DNA of 11,280 nucleotides from an uncultured bacterium (GTDB lineage Bacteria; Hydrothermota; UBA3073; NMUJ01): NCBI GenBank assembly GCA_965612795.1, contig CBFDTI010000042.1, positions 1 to 11,280 of the forward strand, read 5' to 3'. Shown piece by piece: positions 8,230 to 11,280 of this stretch (position 1 is its first letter; each line of letters starts with the position of its first letter). The notes under the pieces were generated by a model. It saw only the letters and a program-made list of their open reading frames with translations, ran no database searches and was not told where the DNA came from. The position numbers and the translations under genes were made by a program.

Positions 8230-8673
8230 TTATACATCTTTGGATTTAAAAAATTTAAAAACTATACGATCTCTCCAAGTCACAAGTATACAGTAGAAGC
8301 ATAGATTGACAATACTGTATATTATGGCAACCATACCGTCTGAAGAGTATTCGATCACACCGTTTATTAATCCAGAGGCAGTAAGACCACCTTGTGTAAT
8401 TTCATATACCGTATTCAGTAAATGCACACTAAAGGTAATCCACCCTATTCTATAAATTAAAGAGATGCATGCCATTATGATGAATATCACGACAAACCGA
8501 TTTAATCTTTTATATAGCTCGTAAACTTCACCTCCAGAAAAAATAGTGCGAACTGCTTTAAACTGGATGATCTTCCAAACGAAAAGCCCGATGCTTACCC
8601 CGTAAAGATAGAAGAAAATAGGACGAATGATAAACCCTAATTTTAACATATTCCAAAAACCAGTTGAAAGCAT
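8230..8673 (-). CDS. Small multi-pass membrane protein, remotely MotA/TolQ/ExbB-like; possible immunity/accessory protein
   Basis: 147 aa with 3-4 hydrophobic segments and a GGGGG SD. The termini (FWNMLKLGFIIRPIF...WKIIQF; SGLINGVIE...NLCFYCILVTWRDRIV) resemble ExbB/TolQ helices by eye. Confidence 0.65.
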   Translation of the reverse strand: MLSTGFWNMLKLGFIIRPIFFYLYGVSIGLFVWKIIQFKAVRTIFSGGEVYELYKRLNRFVVIFIIMACISLIYRIGWITFSVHLLNTVYEITQGGLTASGLINGVIEYSSDGMVAIIYSIVNLCFYCILVTWRDRIVFKFFKSKDV

Positions 8674-8700
8674 TTATCCCCCATTTATGTAATATACAGA

Positions 8701-9759
8701 TTATTCTTTCTCTTCATGAATCCTACGCAGGATATACTCCCCATTCTCTTGAACAATTTCCCAACCATAAGGATTAAAAAGCTCATTGAGTTCCTCGATC
8801 GTACCTTGAAACTGAATTATCAGTTCGTGGGATTTAACCACTTTGTCGTCTTTAACGAGACTTCCGCCGAATCTAAGTTCTAATACATCTTCCCCATTTT
8901 TAGTTTTGCCAATCACTACAGGCTGAGTTTCTCTTATGGGGATATCCCTAACGAAAGGGCAACATTCCATTAATAGCAAACAATAAGTTTTACCTTCTAT
9001 AGTTTTCCGAACTTTTCCATACGTAAACACGCTGGAAGTGATAGCACCATGTGGACCTATGCCATACTTATAAATAGGACCAATCCAAAATGATAATGTA
9101 GATCGTTCCCCTTGTTGAGCTGCTAGCGCAGCAAGAATTGCGAGGTCTTTTAATTCTTGCATATTTCGTGTACGGATGCGAGGCAATTGTAGAACTGAGT
9201 GTGAAAATGGATCGTATTTCATAACCAAACGCCATCCATTTTTTGTTCTCACTAAAATCCACATATCACAACTCGCTATACCGAAGAGACTGGTTGAAAT
9301 TTCTGCATAAACCGCTACAATCTGGTGGATTCTACCGAACAAAGGTTTAGCAGCAAATGAGCATGGACTAATAAATTGCTTTAGAACATGCTCATCAAAC
9401 CACCGTTTAACTTCCTCATAAGAGGTAAAAGTGATGCATGTATCCTTCTCAATCCACCATGCTCCCTCCCACTCACGTAAAAGTCTAAATTTGAATATAA
9501 CATTGTAAGTTGTATCTACGTCCACTGTATCTATCCACGTATTATAACAATTTACCAACACATGATCTCCTGGGCTATACGTGCTATATTTAATTAAAAA
9601 GTCGCGCAAGGTTATTTTCGTCTCTTCAGGTATGGTACCCCAGAAAATAAGATTCACAACCTTGTCAACTATCTGCCACCAGAAAACCAAAACAAAATAT
9701 ATTGCAACAATACCTGCTACAATGAAAATAAGGAGAATCTTCCATCTTTTAGAGTCCAT
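8701..9759 (-). CDS. Hypothetical protein with N-terminal membrane anchor; candidate Rhs immunity/partner
   Basis: 352-aa ORF starting with KRWK followed by hydrophobic ILLIFIVAGIVAIYFVLVFWW. It overlaps the Rhs stop by 11 nt and has a GGAG SD inside the Rhs 3' end. Confidence 0.75.
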   Translation of the reverse strand: MDSKRWKILLIFIVAGIVAIYFVLVFWWQIVDKVVNLIFWGTIPEETKITLRDFLIKYSTYSPGDHVLVNCYNTWIDTVDVDTTYNVIFKFRLLREWEGAWWIEKDTCITFTSYEEVKRWFDEHVLKQFISPCSFAAKPLFGRIHQIVAVYAEISTSLFGIASCDMWILVRTKNGWRLVMKYDPFSHSVLQLPRIRTRNMQELKDLAILAALAAQQGERSTLSFWIGPIYKYGIGPHGAITSSVFTYGKVRKTIEGKTYCLLLMECCPFVRDIPIRETQPVVIGKTKNGEDVLELRFGGSLVKDDKVVKSHELIIQFQGTIEELNELFNPYGWEIVQENGEYILRRIHEEKE

Positions 9760-10603
9760 ATTTCTCCATCTCCTTCTCTATGGCCTCTATATGCTCTTTG
9801 GTGGTTAGATGCTCATAATATTCCATCGTAGATTTTAATCCTTCAACGATTTCTTTAGGAACTTCTATCTTTCGCTTTTTCAGCTTTTCTATATACTTAA
9901 AAACTTTTTTCACTCCCACGACTTCCTCAGCCGCATGCCACTCGGGTTCCGAGAATCGCTCTTCCCATTCAGTTCCTTTTATTTCATAATGGAATGTAGC
10001 ATGCAGTAATTCTTTATAAAGTATGACTTGTATAGCAATTTTCCCCATTTTTATAAGATCAGGATGAACACCAACATAGCCATAATAAATTTTTCCAGAC
10101 AGTCCATAAAATAGACCTCGGTACCTTCCATAATCTTCTGAGCGAATGGGGTATATTTCTATAATATAATCCCGTATTTTTTCCAATTGGCTATAAAATG
10201 GAACTACATAGAGAGTTCGCATAAATTCAGGATTTTCCCTTAAACTTTCTTGGAGTCTCACTATTCTTCCATCCGGATCTATGAATCTAAATGGATTATT
10301 TATACAATAAGCATATGGGCTCAGAAGTTGCGGATTCTTAAGGTATTCCCCGGTTGGTACCCTTGGTTCAGGATCTGGTGTAACAAACCTACCCAACCTC
10401 GGATTATAATATCTTGCACCAAAGTAGTAGAATCCACTTCTGTCTTTCTCCTTACCAGTAAACAGGTAGTGGTTGGGTTCTGTCCCCCACTGTGCCTCAA
10501 GGTTGCCGAATGGGTCGAACCTGTATCGCTTCACAATGTTACTATCCTTATCCATCAGTATAAGTGGGCTACCGAGTGGATCATTTATTGCCTCGCTTAC
10601 CAT
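9749..10603 (-). CDS. Miniature/orphan RHS repeat-associated core protein with C-terminal putative toxin domain
   Basis: DPLGSP, YRFDPFG, YLFTGKEKDRSGFYYFGARYYNPRLGRFVTPDP and YAYCINNPFRFIDPDG (PxxxxDPxG junction; DPDG at 10279-10268), followed by a ~172-aa variable C-terminus. ATG 10603 is preferred (GAGGT SD 8 nt upstream); ATG 10654 is the alternative. Confidence 0.9.
   Translation of the reverse strand: MVSEAINDPLGSPLILMDKDSNIVKRYRFDPFGNLEAQWGTEPNHYLFTGKEKDRSGFYYFGARYYNPRLGRFVTPDPEPRVPTGEYLKNPQLLSPYAYCINNPFRFIDPDGRIVRLQESLRENPEFMRTLYVVPFYSQLEKIRDYIIEIYPIRSEDYGRYRGLFYGLSGKIYYGYVGVHPDLIKMGKIAIQVILYKELLHATFHYEIKGTEWEERFSEPEWHAAEEVVGVKKVFKYIEKLKKRKIEVPKEIVEGLKSTMEYYEHLTTKEHIEAIEKEMEKYGL
10485..10555 (-). 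repeat. 71-bp direct repeat, copy 2 (within Rhs core)
   Basis: Matches 7883-7953 at 69/71 positions; offset 2602 bp. Confidence 0.97.
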
Positions 10604-10652
10604 AATAAAGTACCTCACGTTAGGTTGATAACAACATACCTGCTTCTGCGTC

Positions 10653-10680
10653 ATAATATTCTCTCAACCCTCAAAGTCAA
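10653..10680 (-). promoter_or_regulatory. Putative sigma70-type promoter for the Rhs cassette
   Basis: Minus strand TTGACT (10680-10675), N16, TATTAT (10658-10653). Confidence 0.55.
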
Positions 10681-10691
10681 CCCACTATCGT

Positions 10692-10720
10692 TTGACTCCA
10701 TCCCATAATCGATATATTAT
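10692..10720 (+). promoter_or_regulatory. Putative sigma70-type promoter for the activase gene (possibly leaderless)
   Basis: TTGACT (10692-10697), N17, TATTAT (10715-10720). ATG at 10727 with no clear SD. Confidence 0.65.
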
Positions 10721-10726
10721 ATATGG

Positions 10727-11280
10727 ATGCGCAGAATAGGTATAGATGTAGGTGCACTTTATTTGAAACTCATCGTTCTATCCAACGGCAAACTACAATC
10801 CTCCTTTTATTGCAAACATTTCGGCAACCCGCTCACCAAACTACGTGAATACCTTGCCAATGAGGAACCACCTTTCATACTCGGCTACACAGGTGCATAC
10901 TCACCATTATTACGTGAGCTATTTGGGTTCACCTCCGAGGACATGATACGCTCCTTAATAGCTGGTGTTCAGCACTTCTATCCCGACACCGAATACATTA
11001 TCGACATCGGTGGCAAGGGTGCACGTCTCATCCATCTCGAAAACGGTAGGTTCAAGGACTTCTTCCAAAACACACTCTGTGCCGCCGGCACTGGCTCACT
11101 ACTTGACCAGCAACTCAACCGCCTTGGCCTCTCCTACGATGATCTCACCAAGTTTCGATTCATGGAGGAGCCACCCCGCATAGCTACCCGATGTGCCGTA
11201 TTCGCCAAAACCGATATCATGCACCGCCAACAGGAGGGGTACTCCACCGAAGCGATGTGGAACGGCCTCTGCAGGGGGCT
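10727..11280 (+). CDS. CoA-substrate-specific enzyme activase (BadF/BadG/BcrA/BcrD ATPase; 2-hydroxyacyl-CoA dehydratase activator family); 3'-truncated by window edge
   Basis: Manual translation: MRRIGIDVGALYLK...YTG...IIDIGGKGARLI...NTLCAAGTGSLLDQQ...RCAVFAKTDIMHRQQEGY...GLCRG. Both [4Fe-4S] Cys motifs (CAAGTG, CAVFA) are present. Missing from the ORF track because there is no stop in the window. Confidence 0.92.
   Translation, partial: MRRIGIDVGALYLKLIVLSNGKLQSSFYCKHFGNPLTKLREYLANEEPPFILGYTGAYSPLLRELFGFTSEDMIRSLIAGVQHFYPDTEYIIDIGGKGARLIHLENGRFKDFFQNTLCAAGTGSLLDQQLNRLGLSYDDLTKFRFMEEPPRIATRCAVFAKTDIMHRQQEGYSTEAMWNGLCRG

Noticed and set aside
10604..10654. Rhs start at ATG 10654
   Set aside because: It overlaps the putative -10 box and has a weak SD. 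ATG 10603 has GAGGT at 8 nt. Not fully excluded.
7755..10720. tRNA-integrated prophage/ICE or CRISPR array
   Set aside because: No integrase, att duplication or regularly spaced repeats. The only long repeat has two copies and is Rhs coding sequence.
9068..11183. ORFs 9068-9262, 9581-9808, 10250-10708 and 10965-11183
   Set aside because: They overlap better-supported genes. 10965-11183 is an alternate frame inside the activase.

Overview
Bacterial genomic window, probably from an anaerobe (inferred from the PFOR and activase genes). Bases 1-7830 are housekeeping: a 5'-truncated iron/cobalamin-type ABC ATPase (+) converges on a tightly packed minus-strand run, tRNA-Ala(CGC)-dnaX-porCDAB (four-subunit 2-oxoacid:ferredoxin oxidoreductase)-rho-biotin carboxylase. 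Bases ~7880-10660 are a visibly AT-richer accessory island. It holds a miniature Rhs core + C-terminal-domain gene with a zincin-like KELLH variant motif, an overlapping membrane-anchored partner gene, and a small ExbB/TolQ-like membrane gene. A 71-bp direct repeat of Rhs core sequence brackets the cassette. A symmetric back-to-back pair of TTGACT/TATTAT promoters separates the island from a BadF/BadG/BcrA/BcrD-type CoA-enzyme activase gene (+, from 10727), which runs off the window and is missing from the ORF track. The best candidate for an undescribed system is the mini-Rhs/partner cassette, which appears to have its own expression signals. All family calls come from motif recognition by eye; no searches were run.
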